In this document: one piece after another, positions 50,376 to 61,604 of the stretch
How the letters are laid out: each line of letters begins with the position of its first letter
How positions within the stretch are numbered: the first letter of the stretch is position 1
DNA from: Halarcobacter sp.
GTDB taxonomy: Bacteria; Campylobacterota; Campylobacteria; Campylobacterales; Arcobacteraceae
Direction of reading: 5' to 3'
DNA length: 64,000 nt
Assembly (NCBI GenBank): GCA_048571215.1
Contig: CP182352.1
Coordinates: 3,520,001-3,584,000 of the forward strand
Position numbers and translations under genes: made by a program
The notes under the pieces: generated by a model
What the model was told of the DNA's origin: nothing
Seen by the model: the letters and a program-made list of their open reading frames with translations, nothing else
The model's database searches: none

Positions 50376-50409
50376 TAGAAAGATAAGAGTCTATAGTAAG
50401 GAATACAAG

Positions 50410-53400
50410 ATGATTAAGCTAATAATTAGACACACAAATGCTGAGATTGAAGAAAAAGTTGTTGAAGATGGTATGAAGTTTCAACCATTGGAAGGTGAAC
50501 AATTCTACTTCATAGGTTCTGATGGTTATACATTTACTTTATCAGGGAATGAATCTACAGTAAATCTTTCTTTAATGGATGGTAATGAAAGAGTTAGTGT
50601 AAGTCTTGATAACATGGCAGATTTAATAAAAGCTAATAATCCTGGAGATGCATTTGCTTTAACTACAGCACTAGGGGTGTCTTCAACTCCGGATGGTGCA
50701 GCTGAAATAGAACAAGCATTAGCAGACCCAAATTTAGAATCAGCACAAATTATAGATGTATTAAAAGAGAATTTATCAGAAAGTACTGTTGCAGAAAATG
50801 ATGGTGCAATTATTGATAACTTTGGTTCATTGGCAGAAGCTCTTGATGCAGCTGCAGCAGGTGCAATACAGAGTGATCCGACTTTATTTATAGACGAAAC
50901 TAGAGGGCAAGAAGAAACTCCAGCAGATACGGAGAGAGGTGAACGAATCGAGACTGATACCGACACGGATACTGATACAGATACAGATACTGACACGGAT
51001 ACAGATACCGATACTGATACCGACACAGATACGGACACGGACACAGATACAGACACGGATACTGATACAGACACTGACACAGACACTGATACAGATACTG
51101 ACACGGATACAGATACCGACACAGACACTGATACAGATACTGATACCGACACCGACACTGACACCGATACTGATACAGACACAGATACAGACACGGACAC
51201 AGACACGGACACAGACACGGACACAGACACGGATACAGACACGGATACCGATACCGACACTGACACCGATACTGATACAGACACCGATACAGATACTGAT
51301 ACAGACACTGATACAGACACTGATACCGACACAGACACGGATACAGATACTGATACCGACACTGACACAGACACTGATACAGATACAGACACCGATACTG
51401 ATACTGATACCGATACTGACACAGACACGGATACAGATACTGATACCGATACTGATACCGACACGGATACAGATACTGATACCGATACTGATACCGACAC
51501 GGATACTGACACAGACACCGATACAGACACTGATACAGATACAGACACCGATACTGATACTGATACCGACACAGATACTGACACAGACACGGATACAGAT
51601 ACTGATACCGACACGGATACAGATACTGATACTGACACGGATACAGACACCGATACTGATACCGATACCGACACTGATACCGATACAGACACAGATACAG
51701 ATACTGACACAGACACTGATACTGATACAGACACTGATACTGATACTGATACCGACACGGATACAGATACGGACACTGACACAGACACGGACACGGACAC
51801 TGATACAGATACTGACACAGACACTGATACCGACACGGATACAGACACGGATACAGATACGGATACAGATACTGATACTGATACAGATACTGACACGGAT
51901 ACAGATACCGACACGGACACAGACACTGATACAGATACTGACACGGACACTGATACAGATACTGACACAGACACTGATACAGATACAGATACAGATACCG
52001 ACACTGACACAGATACAGATACAGATACTGATACAGATACAGATACAGATACTGATACAGACACGGATACAGATACTGATACCGACACGGATACAGACAC
52101 GGATACAGATACAGACACGGATACAGATACTGATACTGATACAGATACTGACACGGATACAGATACCGACACGGACACAGACACTGATACAGATACTGAC
52201 ACGGATACAGATACTGATACCGACACTGACACAGATACAGACACCGATACTGATACAGACTCTGATTCAGACAGTGATACCGATTCGGATTCAGACTCTG
52301 ACACCGATAGTGATAGTGACTCAGACACTGATTCAGATACCGACAGTGATAGTGATTCAGACACAGACTCTGACTCAGACAGTGATACGGATTCTGATAG
52401 TGACTCAGATTCTGATTCGGATAGTGATTCAGACTCAGATAGTGACTCTGATTCAGATACTGACACGGATACGGACACAGATACCGACACAGACACTGAT
52501 ACGGACGCAGACACTGACACAGACACTGACACGGATACAGATACAGATACGGACACAGACTCTGACTCAGATAGCGATACCGATAGTGATAGTGACTCAG
52601 ACACAGACAGTGATACAGATTCAGACACAGATTCGGATAGCGACTCAGATACAGACTCTGATTCAGACAGTGATACCGATTCGGATTCAGACTCTGACAC
52701 CGATAGTGATAGTGACTCAGACACTGATTCAGATACCGACAGTGATAGTGATTCAGACACAGACTCTGACTCAGACAGTGATACGGATTCTGATAGTGAC
52801 TCAGATTCTGATTCGGATAGTGATTCAGACTCAGATAGTGACTCTGATTCAGATACTGACACGGATACGGACACAGATACCGACACAGACACTGATACTG
52901 ATACGGACACAGACACTGATACCGACACAGACACTGATACGGACACAGACACTGATACCGACACAGACACGGATACCGATACTGATACGGACACAGATAC
53001 GGACACAGACACTGATACAGACACAGACACTGACACGGATACAGATACAGATACGGACACAGACTCTGACTCAGATAGCGATACCGATAGTGATAGTGAC
53101 TCAGACACAGACAGTGATACAGATTCAGACACAGATTCGGATAGCGACTCAGATACAGACTCTGATTCAGACAGTGATACCGATTCGGATTCAGACTCTG
53201 ACACCGATAGTGATAGTGACTCAGACACTGATTCAGATACCGACAGTGATAGTGATTCAGACACAGACTCTGACTCAGACAGTGATACGGATTCTGATAG
53301 TGACTCAGATTCTGATTCGGATAGTGATTCAGACTCAGATAGTGACTCTGATTCAGATACTGACACGGATACGGACACAGATACCGACACAGACACTGAT

Positions 53401-56400
53401 ACTGATACGGACACAGACACTGATACCGACACAGACACTGATACTGATACTGATACGGACACAGACACTGATACCGACACAGACACGGATACCGATACTG
53501 ATACGGACACAGACACTGATACGGACACAGACACTGATACAGACACAGACACGGATACAGATACGGACACAGACTCTGACTCAGATAGTGATAGTGACTC
53601 AGACACAGACAGTGATACAGATTCAGACACAGATTCGGATAGCGACTCAGATACAGACTCTGATTCAGACAGTGATACCGATTCGGATTCAGACTCTGAC
53701 ACCGATAGTGATAGTGACTCAGACACTGATTCAGATACCGACAGTGACAGTGATTCAGACACAGACTCTGACTCAGACAGTGATACGGATTCTGATAGTG
53801 ACTCAGATTCTGATTCGGATAGTGATTCAGACTCAGATAGTGACTCTGATTCAGATACTGACACGGATACGGACACAGATACCGACACAGACACTGATAC
53901 TGATACTGATACGGACACAGACACTGATACCGACACAGACACTGATACTGATACTGATACGGACACAGACACTGATACCGACACAGACACGGATACCGAT
54001 ACTGATACGGACACAGACACTGATACGGACACAGACACTGATACAGACACAGACACGGATACAGATACGGACACAGACTCTGACTCAGATAGTGATAGTG
54101 ACTCAGACACAGACAGTGATACAGATTCAGACACAGATTCGGATAGCGACTCAGATACAGACTCTGATTCAGACAGTGATACCGATTCGGATTCAGACTC
54201 TGACACCGATAGTGATAGTGACTCAGACACTGATTCAGATACCGACAGTGATAGTGATTCAGACACAGACTCTGACTCAGACAGTGATACGGATTCTGAT
54301 AGTGACTCAGATTCTGATTCGGATAGTGATTCAGACTCAGATAGTGACTCTGATTCAGATACTGACACGGATACGGACACAGATACCGACACAGACACTG
54401 ATACTGATACGGACACAGATACTGATACTGATACGGACACAGACACTGATACCGACACAGACACTGATACCGACACAGACACTGATACCGACACAGACAC
54501 GGATACCGATACTGATACGGACACAGATACGGACACAGACACTGATACAGACACAGACACTGACACGGATACAGATACAGATACAGATACGGACACAGAC
54601 TCTGACTCAGATAGCGATACCGATAGTGATAGTGACTCAGACACAGACAGTGATACAGATTCAGACACAGATTCGGATAGCGACTCAGATACAGACTCTG
54701 ATTCAGACAGTGATACCGATTCGGATTCAGACTCTGACACCGATAGTGATAGTGACTCAGACACTGATTCAGATACCGACAGTGACAGTGATTCAGACAC
54801 AGACTCTGACTCAGACAGTGATACGGATTCTGATAGTGACTCAGATTCTGATTCGGATAGTGATTCAGACTCAGATAGTGACTCTGATTCAGATACTGAC
54901 ACGGATACGGACACAGATACCGACACAGACACTGATACTGATACTGATACTGATACGGACACAGACACTGATACCGACACAGACACTGATACTGATACTG
55001 ATACGGACACAGACACTGATACCGACACAGACACGGATACCGATACTGATACGGACACAGACACTGATACGGACACAGACACTGATACAGACACAGACAC
55101 GGATACAGATACGGACACAGACTCTGACTCAGATAGTGATAGTGACTCAGACACAGACAGTGATACAGATTCAGACACAGATTCGGATAGCGACTCAGAT
55201 ACAGACTCTGATTCAGACAGTGATACCGATTCGGATTCAGACTCTGACACCGATAGTGATAGTGACTCAGACACTGATTCAGATACCGACAGTGATAGTG
55301 ATTCAGACACAGACTCTGACTCAGACAGTGATACGGATTCTGATAGTGACTCAGATTCTGATTCGGATAGTGATTCAGACTCAGATAGTGACTCTGATTC
55401 AGATACTGACACGGATACGGACACAGATACCGACACAGACACTGATACTGATACGGACACAGATACTGATACTGATACGGACACAGACACTGATACCGAC
55501 ACAGACACTGATACCGACACAGACACTGATACGGACACAGACACTGATACCGACACAGACACGGATACCGATACTGATACGGACACAGATACGGACACAG
55601 ACACTGATACAGACACAGACACTGACACGGATACAGATACAGATACGGACACAGACTCTGACTCAGATAGCGATACCGATAGTGATAGTGACTCAGACAC
55701 AGACAGTGATACAGATTCAGACACAGATTCGGATAGCGACTCAGATACAGACTCTGATTCAGACAGTGATACCGATTCGGATTCAGACTCTGACACCGAT
55801 AGTGATAGTGACTCAGACACTGATTCAGATACCGACAGTGATAGTGATTCAGACACAGACTCTGACTCAGACAGTGATACGGATTCTGATAGTGACTCAG
55901 ATTCTGATTCGGATAGTGATTCAGACTCAGATAGTGACTCTGATTCAGATACTGACACGGATACGGACACAGATACCGACACAGACACTGATACTGATAC
56001 GGACACAGACACTGATACCGACACAGACACTGATACTGATACTGATACGGACACAGACACTGATACCGACACAGACACGGATACCGATACTGATACGGAC
56101 ACAGACACTGATACGGACACAGACACTGATACAGACACAGACACGGATACAGATACGGACACAGACTCTGACTCAGATAGTGATAGTGACTCAGACACAG
56201 ACAGTGATACAGATTCAGACACAGATTCGGATAGCGACTCAGATACAGACTCTGATTCAGACAGTGATACCGATTCGGATTCAGACTCTGACACCGATAG
56301 TGATAGTGACTCAGACACTGATTCAGATACCGACAGTGACAGTGATTCAGACACAGACTCTGACTCAGACAGTGATACGGATTCTGATACCGATTCAGAT

Positions 56401-58101
56401 TCAGATAGTGACACCGATTCTGATAGCGATAGTGACACAGATTCAGATTGTGATACAGATGTTGATGCAGATAAACCAATTGCAGATATTGAAGTTGAGT
56501 ATGAAAAAACAGTTACCGTAAATGAAGTTTGTTCTACTTCACAAAATCTAGGTAATTTAGCTGCTTATTTAGATGGTATGAATAATGTAAATGCAAATGA
56601 AGTTGTTGATTTAGCAAAAGATCAAAATGGTAACCCACAACAAGATCAATACAACTTAGAATTGACTTCATTTGGAGATGGAGATTTAGCATTATATGAT
56701 AATGAATCTAATCAAAATGAAACTAGAGATATCAATGATATTGATTTAAATGATGTTACACCATTTGATCCATCAAATGCAGAAGTAGTAAATAACACCA
56801 TAAATCATACATACAATATGACATCAAATGAAGTTATTTTTGAAGGTGATATTGTTCAAAATGGTAATGTAATAGGAACATCAGACAATGATGTGATTAT
56901 TGTAAAAGGTGAGGTTCAAGGTGGTTCAAATGTTAATGCAGGTGCTGGAAATGACCTTATTGCAATAGTAGGAAATATTGGAGAAAATCAACCAGCAATT
57001 GATGGGGATAGTGGTACAGACATACTATATCTAAGTAAACCTGCATCTAATTATGAGTTTTTAGATATCCACTTCCATGACAATTTAGATGGACATATTT
57101 TAGATAAAGAGACTCAAAGTGTATTAACATTTAATAACATAGAAGGAATTGCCTTTGGTGATGGTTCTGGGGTAAATTGTAAAGTAAATACATCAACAAG
57201 CTATCAATACAATGTAAGTATAAGTGCTGCATTAACTGATATTGATGGAAGTGAAACTTTATCTGTAGCAATATCTGGAGTGCCAAATGGTGCTACACTA
57301 TCAAGTGATACCTATACATTAATTGATAATGGAAATGGAAATTGGACAGTTGAAGTACCAAATGGAGATGTATCTATAGTTGATGATATTACTATGAATG
57401 TTCCATCAGATATAGGAGATTTTAACCTTGAAATAACAGCAAGAGCAACTGAAATCAATGATAATGATGGTACTGATTATGCAGAAACAACAGATAGTGA
57501 TTTTGTAACTGATGATATCGATCCAGATACAGAAATCAATAAATTTGACTTAGTAGGAAATGTAACTACTGGTTCAGGAGATGATACAATTAATGTGTCA
57601 GATGATATATTCTTAGCTAATGTTGATACTGGAGCAGGAGATGATACAATCAATGTAGGAGATGATATAGGATTATTTACTTCAATAGATACCGGAGCAG
57701 GAGATGATACAATTAATATTGGTGACAATATTAGTTATTCAGCTCAAATTGATATGGGTGATGGTATTGATACCCTAAGTTTAGATGATGATATTGATTT
57801 ATCTGATATAGCAAAAAATGTTGATAATGTTGAAATAATTGATTTGGATAATGATGAAGACCAAGATCTAGAAATAGATTTAGATTCAATTATCGATTTA
57901 ACTGATGATGATAATGATTTAGTTGTTATTGGTGATAATGGTGACAAAATTGACTTTAATGATTCTGGTTGGGAAAAAGGCGATAGCACAAAAACTGTTG
58001 ATGGACAAGATGGAGAGTTTACTGAATACACAAATACAAACAATCCAAATGTATCAATTTTAATTGATAATGACATTGACGTAGATGATGATGACATTTA
58101 A
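50410..58101 (+). CDS. Giant Asp-Thr/Asp-Ser repeat surface protein, putative T1SS substrate (LapA-like)
   Basis: No Sec signal; AAAAG at aa 147-151; ~1830-aa TD/SD tract; DIDGSETL Ig-like module; RTX-like G(A/S)GDDTIN repeats; acidic C-terminus; T1SS genes downstream. Confidence 0.88.
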   Translation: MIKLIIRHTNAEIEEKVVEDGMKFQPLEGEQFYFIGSDGYTFTLSGNESTVNLSLMDGNERVSVSLDNMADLIKANNPGDAFALTTALGVSSTPDGAAEIEQALADPNLESAQIIDVLKENLSESTVAENDGAIIDNFGSLAEALDAAAAGAIQSDPTLFIDETRGQEETPADTERGERIETDTDTDTDTDTDTDTDTDTDTDTDTDTDTDTDTDTDTDTDTDTDTDTDTDTDTDTDTDTDTDTDTDTDTDTDTDTDTDTDTDTDTDTDTDTDTDTDTDTDTDTDTDTDTDTDTDTDTDTDTDTDTDTDTDTDTDTDTDTDTDTDTDTDTDTDTDTDTDTDTDTDTDTDTDTDTDTDTDTDTDTDTDTDTDTDTDTDTDTDTDTDTDTDTDTDTDTDTDTDTDTDTDTDTDTDTDTDTDTDTDTDTDTDTDTDTDTDTDTDTDTDTDTDTDTDTDTDTDTDTDTDTDTDTDTDTDTDTDTDTDTDTDTDTDTDTDTDTDTDTDTDTDTDTDTDTDTDTDTDTDTDTDTDTDTDTDTDTDTDTDTDTDTDTDTDTDTDTDTDTDTDTDTDTDTDTDTDTDTDTDTDTDTDTDTDTDTDTDTDTDTDTDTDTDTDTDTDSDSDSDTDSDSDSDTDSDSDSDTDSDTDSDSDSDTDSDSDSDTDSDSDSDSDSDSDSDSDSDSDSDTDTDTDTDTDTDTDTDADTDTDTDTDTDTDTDTDSDSDSDTDSDSDSDTDSDTDSDTDSDSDSDTDSDSDSDTDSDSDSDTDSDSDSDTDSDTDSDSDSDTDSDSDSDTDSDSDSDSDSDSDSDSDSDSDSDTDTDTDTDTDTDTDTDTDTDTDTDTDTDTDTDTDTDTDTDTDTDTDTDTDTDTDTDTDTDTDTDTDTDTDSDSDSDTDSDSDSDTDSDTDSDTDSDSDSDTDSDSDSDTDSDSDSDTDSDSDSDTDSDTDSDSDSDTDSDSDSDTDSDSDSDSDSDSDSDSDSDSDSDTDTDTDTDTDTDTDTDTDTDTDTDTDTDTDTDTDTDTDTDTDTDTDTDTDTDTDTDTDTDTDTDTDTDTDTDSDSDSDSDSDTDSDTDSDTDSDSDSDTDSDSDSDTDSDSDSDTDSDSDSDTDSDTDSDSDSDTDSDSDSDTDSDSDSDSDSDSDSDSDSDSDSDTDTDTDTDTDTDTDTDTDTDTDTDTDTDTDTDTDTDTDTDTDTDTDTDTDTDTDTDTDTDTDTDTDTDTDTDTDSDSDSDSDSDTDSDTDSDTDSDSDSDTDSDSDSDTDSDSDSDTDSDSDSDTDSDTDSDSDSDTDSDSDSDTDSDSDSDSDSDSDSDSDSDSDSDTDTDTDTDTDTDTDTDTDTDTDTDTDTDTDTDTDTDTDTDTDTDTDTDTDTDTDTDTDTDTDTDTDTDTDTDTDTDTDTDSDSDSDTDSDSDSDTDSDTDSDTDSDSDSDTDSDSDSDTDSDSDSDTDSDSDSDTDSDTDSDSDSDTDSDSDSDTDSDSDSDSDSDSDSDSDSDSDSDTDTDTDTDTDTDTDTDTDTDTDTDTDTDTDTDTDTDTDTDTDTDTDTDTDTDTDTDTDTDTDTDTDTDTDTDTDTDSDSDSDSDSDTDSDTDSDTDSDSDSDTDSDSDSDTDSDSDSDTDSDSDSDTDSDTDSDSDSDTDSDSDSDTDSDSDSDSDSDSDSDSDSDSDSDTDTDTDTDTDTDTDTDTDTDTDTDTDTDTDTDTDTDTDTDTDTDTDTDTDTDTDTDTDTDTDTDTDTDTDTDTDTDTDTDTDTDSDSDSDTDSDSDSDTDSDTDSDTDSDSDSDTDSDSDSDTDSDSDSDTDSDSDSDTDSDTDSDSDSDTDSDSDSDTDSDSDSDSDSDSDSDSDSDSDSDTDTDTDTDTDTDTDTDTDTDTDTDTDTDTDTDTDTDTDTDTDTDTDTDTDTDTDTDTDTDTDTDTDTDTDTDSDSDSDSDSDTDSDTDSDTDSDSDSDTDSDSDSDTDSDSDSDTDSDSDSDTDSDTDSDSDSDTDSDSDSDTDSDTDSDSDSDTDSDSDSDTDSDCDTDVDADKPIADIEVEYEKTVTVNEVCSTSQNLGNLAAYLDGMNNVNANEVVDLAKDQNGNPQQDQYNLELTSFGDGDLALYDNESNQNETRDINDIDLNDVTPFDPSNAEVVNNTINHTYNMTSNEVIFEGDIVQNGNVIGTSDNDVIIVKGEVQGGSNVNAGAGNDLIAIVGNIGENQPAIDGDSGTDILYLSKPASNYEFLDIHFHDNLDGHILDKETQSVLTFNNIEGIAFGDGSGVNCKVNTSTSYQYNVSISAALTDIDGSETLSVAISGVPNGATLSSDTYTLIDNGNGNWTVEVPNGDVSIVDDITMNVPSDIGDFNLEITARATEINDNDGTDYAETTDSDFVTDDIDPDTEINKFDLVGNVTTGSGDDTINVSDDIFLANVDTGAGDDTINVGDDIGLFTSIDTGAGDDTINIGDNISYSAQIDMGDGIDTLSLDDDIDLSDIAKNVDNVEIIDLDNDEDQDLEIDLDSIIDLTDDDNDLVVIGDNGDKIDFNDSGWEKGDSTKTVDGQDGEFTEYTNTNNPNVSILIDNDIDVDDDDI
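50953..56448 (+). repeat. 6-bp (Thr/Ser-Asp) coding tandem repeat with ~500-bp higher-order units
   Basis: (ACN GAY)218 at 50953-52260, then 9 copies of an SD-rich block starting 52261, 52657, 53161, 53659, 54163, 54697, 55207, 55753, 56251. Confidence 0.97.
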
Positions 58102-58108
58102 AAAAACT

Positions 58109-58140
58109 ATATAAGATAGCATTTCGCTATCTTATATTTT
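58109..58140 (+). terminator. Terminator after the giant gene
   Basis: ATATAAGATAGC-ATTTC-GCTATCTTATAT-TTT. Confidence 0.7.
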
Positions 58141-58153
58141 ATATAGGTTTAAT

Positions 58154-58966
58154 TTGACTTTAGATGAGTTAAAAAAAGAGAATGAAACTCTTAAAAATGA
58201 AATTGTACTGTTGAATAGTAAAATATCAGAGAATCTAGAACAAAATAGAATCAATGATAAGATGCTATTTCAACAAAGTAAAATGGCTTCAATGGGTGAA
58301 ATGATTGGAAATATTGCACACCAATGGAGACAACCTCTTATGGAGCTTTCTTCTATTTTTATGTTAATTCAAACTAAAATTGAGTTTGAAGGAGATATAG
58401 AAAATAGTGAACTTATTGATTTTATTAAAAAATCTGACGAAATTACCCATTACATGTCTCAGACAATAGATGATTTTAGAAACTTCTTTGCAAAAGAAAA
58501 AATTAAAGTTGATTATAAAATATCAAACCAAGTAAGTTTAGCTGTAAGTATGTTAAATATGTGTTTAAAACAGCATGGAATAAAAGTAGAAATAGTTGTT
58601 CTTAAAAATCCAAAACTTTATGGTTTTAAAAATGAATATTCGCAAGTTCTTATTAATATTTTAAATAATTGTAAGGATGCTTTGATTCAAAGAAATATAA
58701 AGAATCCCAAAATCAAGATTATAATTAATAAAAAAGATGATAAATCAGTTTTAACAATTGAAGATAATGCTAAAGGAATAAATATAGAACCTATAGAAAA
58801 AATATTTGAACCATTTTTTACCCATGACAAAAAAAATGGAACAGGAATAGGTTTATTCATGTCAAAACTAATAATTGAAAATAATATGAATGGAAGATTA
58901 TTTGTTGAAAATATTAACAATGGTGCAAAATTTACTATAACAGTACCCTTTAGTCATAAGTTATAA
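58154..58966 (+). CDS. Cytoplasmic histidine kinase with no sensor domain
   Basis: Short coiled coil then IAHQWRQPL, EDNAKGI, FEPFFT, GTGIGLF; no TM. Confidence 0.85.
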   Translation: MTLDELKKENETLKNEIVLLNSKISENLEQNRINDKMLFQQSKMASMGEMIGNIAHQWRQPLMELSSIFMLIQTKIEFEGDIENSELIDFIKKSDEITHYMSQTIDDFRNFFAKEKIKVDYKISNQVSLAVSMLNMCLKQHGIKVEIVVLKNPKLYGFKNEYSQVLINILNNCKDALIQRNIKNPKIKIIINKKDDKSVLTIEDNAKGINIEPIEKIFEPFFTHDKKNGTGIGLFMSKLIIENNMNGRLFVENINNGAKFTITVPFSHKL

Positions 58967-59642
58967 GTTGGTATCCTACACTAGAAATATTTTTTATGGA
59001 ATCTTTTCCAATTTTATTTCTTAATTTATTCATTAAAGATTTAAATGCAGATTCTGTAGAGCTATAACTATCTTCCCAGACATGACATTGAATCTCCTCT
59101 TTAGAAACAACTCTATTTTTATTTTCATACAAGTATTCAAGTAATAGTATCTCTTTTGCTGTAATGTCTATTATTTTAGTATCTATTGATAATATCTTTT
59201 TATTAAAATTATATTCTATTTTATTATTGAACTTTATTATAAAATCATTATTCTCAAAGTATTCATTTCCTGCATTTAGTAATGCTTTTTTAAGTTTATT
59301 AAAATCAATGGGTTTTGTTAAATAATCCACAAGTTTTAATCTTGCTGCTTTTAATAAAAACTTAGTATCGGTATGTGCCGTTAAGAGTATCACTGGTATA
59401 GTGATTTTTTCTTTTCTTAAATATTCTACAAAATCTAAACCTGTTTTTCCAGGCATACTTATATCACTTAATATCACATGCACACAATTAGATGAAAAAA
59501 CCTTTAAGGCATCATCTACACATGATACAGAGTAGACATTTTTAAATATATAACCTAATATTTTAGTTATATTTTCTCTTATTTGATTTTCATCTTCTAG
59601 ATACAAAATATTTAATTGTTTTAAAGAATTATCTTTTACCAT
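58950..59642 (-). CDS. OmpR-family response regulator
   Basis: LYLEDE, LSDISMP, TKP, SSVGYQL. Confidence 0.9.
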   Translation of the reverse strand: MVKDNSLKQLNILYLEDENQIRENITKILGYIFKNVYSVSCVDDALKVFSSNCVHVILSDISMPGKTGLDFVEYLRKEKITIPVILLTAHTDTKFLLKAARLKLVDYLTKPIDFNKLKKALLNAGNEYFENNDFIIKFNNKIEYNFNKKILSIDTKIIDITAKEILLLEYLYENKNRVVSKEEIQCHVWEDSYSSTESAFKSLMNKLRNKIGKDSIKNISSVGYQLITYD

Positions 59643-59751
59643 AAAGTATTATACCAAAAATGTATAAATAAATTACTAAAATTTATTTTAGTCGCTAAAA
59701 AGTTACTATAAAATAATTTTTTAAGTAACTTGTAAACTTAATTAAAGTATT

Positions 59752-61593
59752 ATGTTTTTACAATCAAACAATATGGATAAAACTATGAAAACAATAATCG
59801 AAAGAATTCTCATTTTAAGTCTCTTTGTAACATATGCTAGTTCAACTTCTTTAAAAGATTCAGTTATAAGTACTTTAGGTAAAAACCCTGATGTATTATC
59901 TGAAAAATTAAATAGGGATGCTTATCAAAAGTATGTTGATGAAGAAAAAGGTGATTATTATCCAACACTAGATTTTCAAGGATATGTTGAAAAATCTAGA
60001 ACAAGAAATGATAGAGATAATGTTGCTACAGATCCAAGCAGTGCAAAAAAAGATGGATGGCATGCTGCATTAACTTTTGAACAGATCATTTATGATGGTG
60101 GACAAACACCAAGTCAAGTAGAACAGTATAAACATACTTATCTATCAAATAAGTACAGAAGTTTAATTAGAGTTGATGAAATTGTAAGGTCAACTATTGA
60201 TAATTATCTTAATGCAGTTAAATATCAAGAGTTAATTGATCTTTCTCAATTAAATCTACAGGTACATGAAGATTATTTAGTGATTGCACAAGAGAAAGAA
60301 AATATAAGTGGAGAAATCTTAGAGACTTATCAAGTAAACTCTAAAAAACATTATGTGATAGACAGATATTTGGAACAAAAAATAAATGAAGATGAGGCAA
60401 GAAATATTTTTGCAGAAAAGTCAGGTATTGAAAATCCAGGAAATATTTGTAGACCTACAATTAATGAAGCTTTTATACCTAGTACTTTAGAAGAAGCAAT
60501 AGAAAAAGCAGTTAGAAATAGTCCAAAAATATTAAGAGCTATTGAAGATATTAAGGAGCAAAGGGAAAATGTAGTACAAGCTAATGCTACATATCTACCT
60601 ACTTTAAGATTCCAATGGGTAGGAAGTTTAGATGATGATTTATCAAATGCAGAAAATGGTAGACAAGATATATCTAGATTTAGAATTATTATGGATTGGA
60701 ATCTATTTGAAGGTGGAAAAAATAAAATTGCAAAAGAAAGAGAAGTTCTTTTTTTACAAGAAAAACAAAAAATTCTTGATACAACAGTAAATCAAGTTAT
60801 TCAAGAGGTTACCACAAGTTATAAAAAGTATTTTTCTTTTAAAGAAAAAATAGAAAATTATAAAAAATATGTTAAAGATAACTATTATATTAAAGAGGTA
60901 TATTTTAAACAATTAACAGATGGTACTAGAACTTTTATTGATATACTAGATGCAGAATCAGAATATTATAGATCATCATTAGATTTAATAGATTTTGAAT
61001 ATCAGTTATATGGATATTATTATGATATTTTAAATCATAGTGGTCTATTGAGTACAAGCATTTTGATGTCTGAAAATCAAGTATGTAAAGAATTCAAATT
61101 ATCAAAATATGAAAGTAGATTTAAACAAAAAGTAAAAGATAATAATAGTGAATTAAATGACTTAGATTTACTCCAAGAGCTTGGTCAAGCACAAAGTAAA
61201 ACAAAAACTGAGGAAGGAAATACAAAAGAAGTAGATATGGAGATTGATAATTTAATCAATGGTACCTCTGTAGGGGAGAACAATGAAACTAAAAATCCAG
61301 ATGAAAATGCAGTAAAAAATTTACCTACAGGAAAGTATACTATTAAGCTTGCGACTTTTGATCAAAACTATGATATTAATTCATTTATAGAAAAAAATAA
61401 ACTAAATCCAGATGATGTATATGCATACAGTACTAACAATAATATAAATGTTATTTATGGGCACTTTAATAAGCTTGGTGATGCTAAAGCACTATTAAGC
61501 AGTTTAGATAAAAGTTTAATTAATAGTAATGTATATATTGATATTCTTGAAAAACATAGAAAACTTTATCAAAAATATAAAACAAATAATTAG
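59752..61593 (+). CDS. TolC/LapE-family outer-membrane channel with C-terminal SPOR-like extension (start may be 59773 or 59785)
   Basis: YYPTLD, YLPTL, WNLFEGG, GTRTFIDILDAESE; tail KYTIKLATF...VIYGHF. Confidence 0.9.
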   Translation: MFLQSNNMDKTMKTIIERILILSLFVTYASSTSLKDSVISTLGKNPDVLSEKLNRDAYQKYVDEEKGDYYPTLDFQGYVEKSRTRNDRDNVATDPSSAKKDGWHAALTFEQIIYDGGQTPSQVEQYKHTYLSNKYRSLIRVDEIVRSTIDNYLNAVKYQELIDLSQLNLQVHEDYLVIAQEKENISGEILETYQVNSKKHYVIDRYLEQKINEDEARNIFAEKSGIENPGNICRPTINEAFIPSTLEEAIEKAVRNSPKILRAIEDIKEQRENVVQANATYLPTLRFQWVGSLDDDLSNAENGRQDISRFRIIMDWNLFEGGKNKIAKEREVLFLQEKQKILDTTVNQVIQEVTTSYKKYFSFKEKIENYKKYVKDNYYIKEVYFKQLTDGTRTFIDILDAESEYYRSSLDLIDFEYQLYGYYYDILNHSGLLSTSILMSENQVCKEFKLSKYESRFKQKVKDNNSELNDLDLLQELGQAQSKTKTEEGNTKEVDMEIDNLINGTSVGENNETKNPDENAVKNLPTGKYTIKLATFDQNYDINSFIEKNKLNPDDVYAYSTNNNINVIYGHFNKLGDAKALLSSLDKSLINSNVYIDILEKHRKLYQKYKTNN

Positions 61594-61604
61594 TTAGTGA
61601 AGAT

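Noticed and set aside
52261..56400. Repeat-spacer-like periodicity suggesting a CRISPR array
   Set aside because: Units are ~500 bp, in-frame coding and low complexity; no unique spacers and no cas genes
50526..56521. Three ~1900-aa alternative-frame ORFs (SV-rich, CLYQ-rich and TQI-rich) over the repeat
   Set aside because: By-products of a hexamer repeat lacking stops in those frames; only the TD/SD frame has invariant Asp, synonymous third-position variation and meaningful flanking domains
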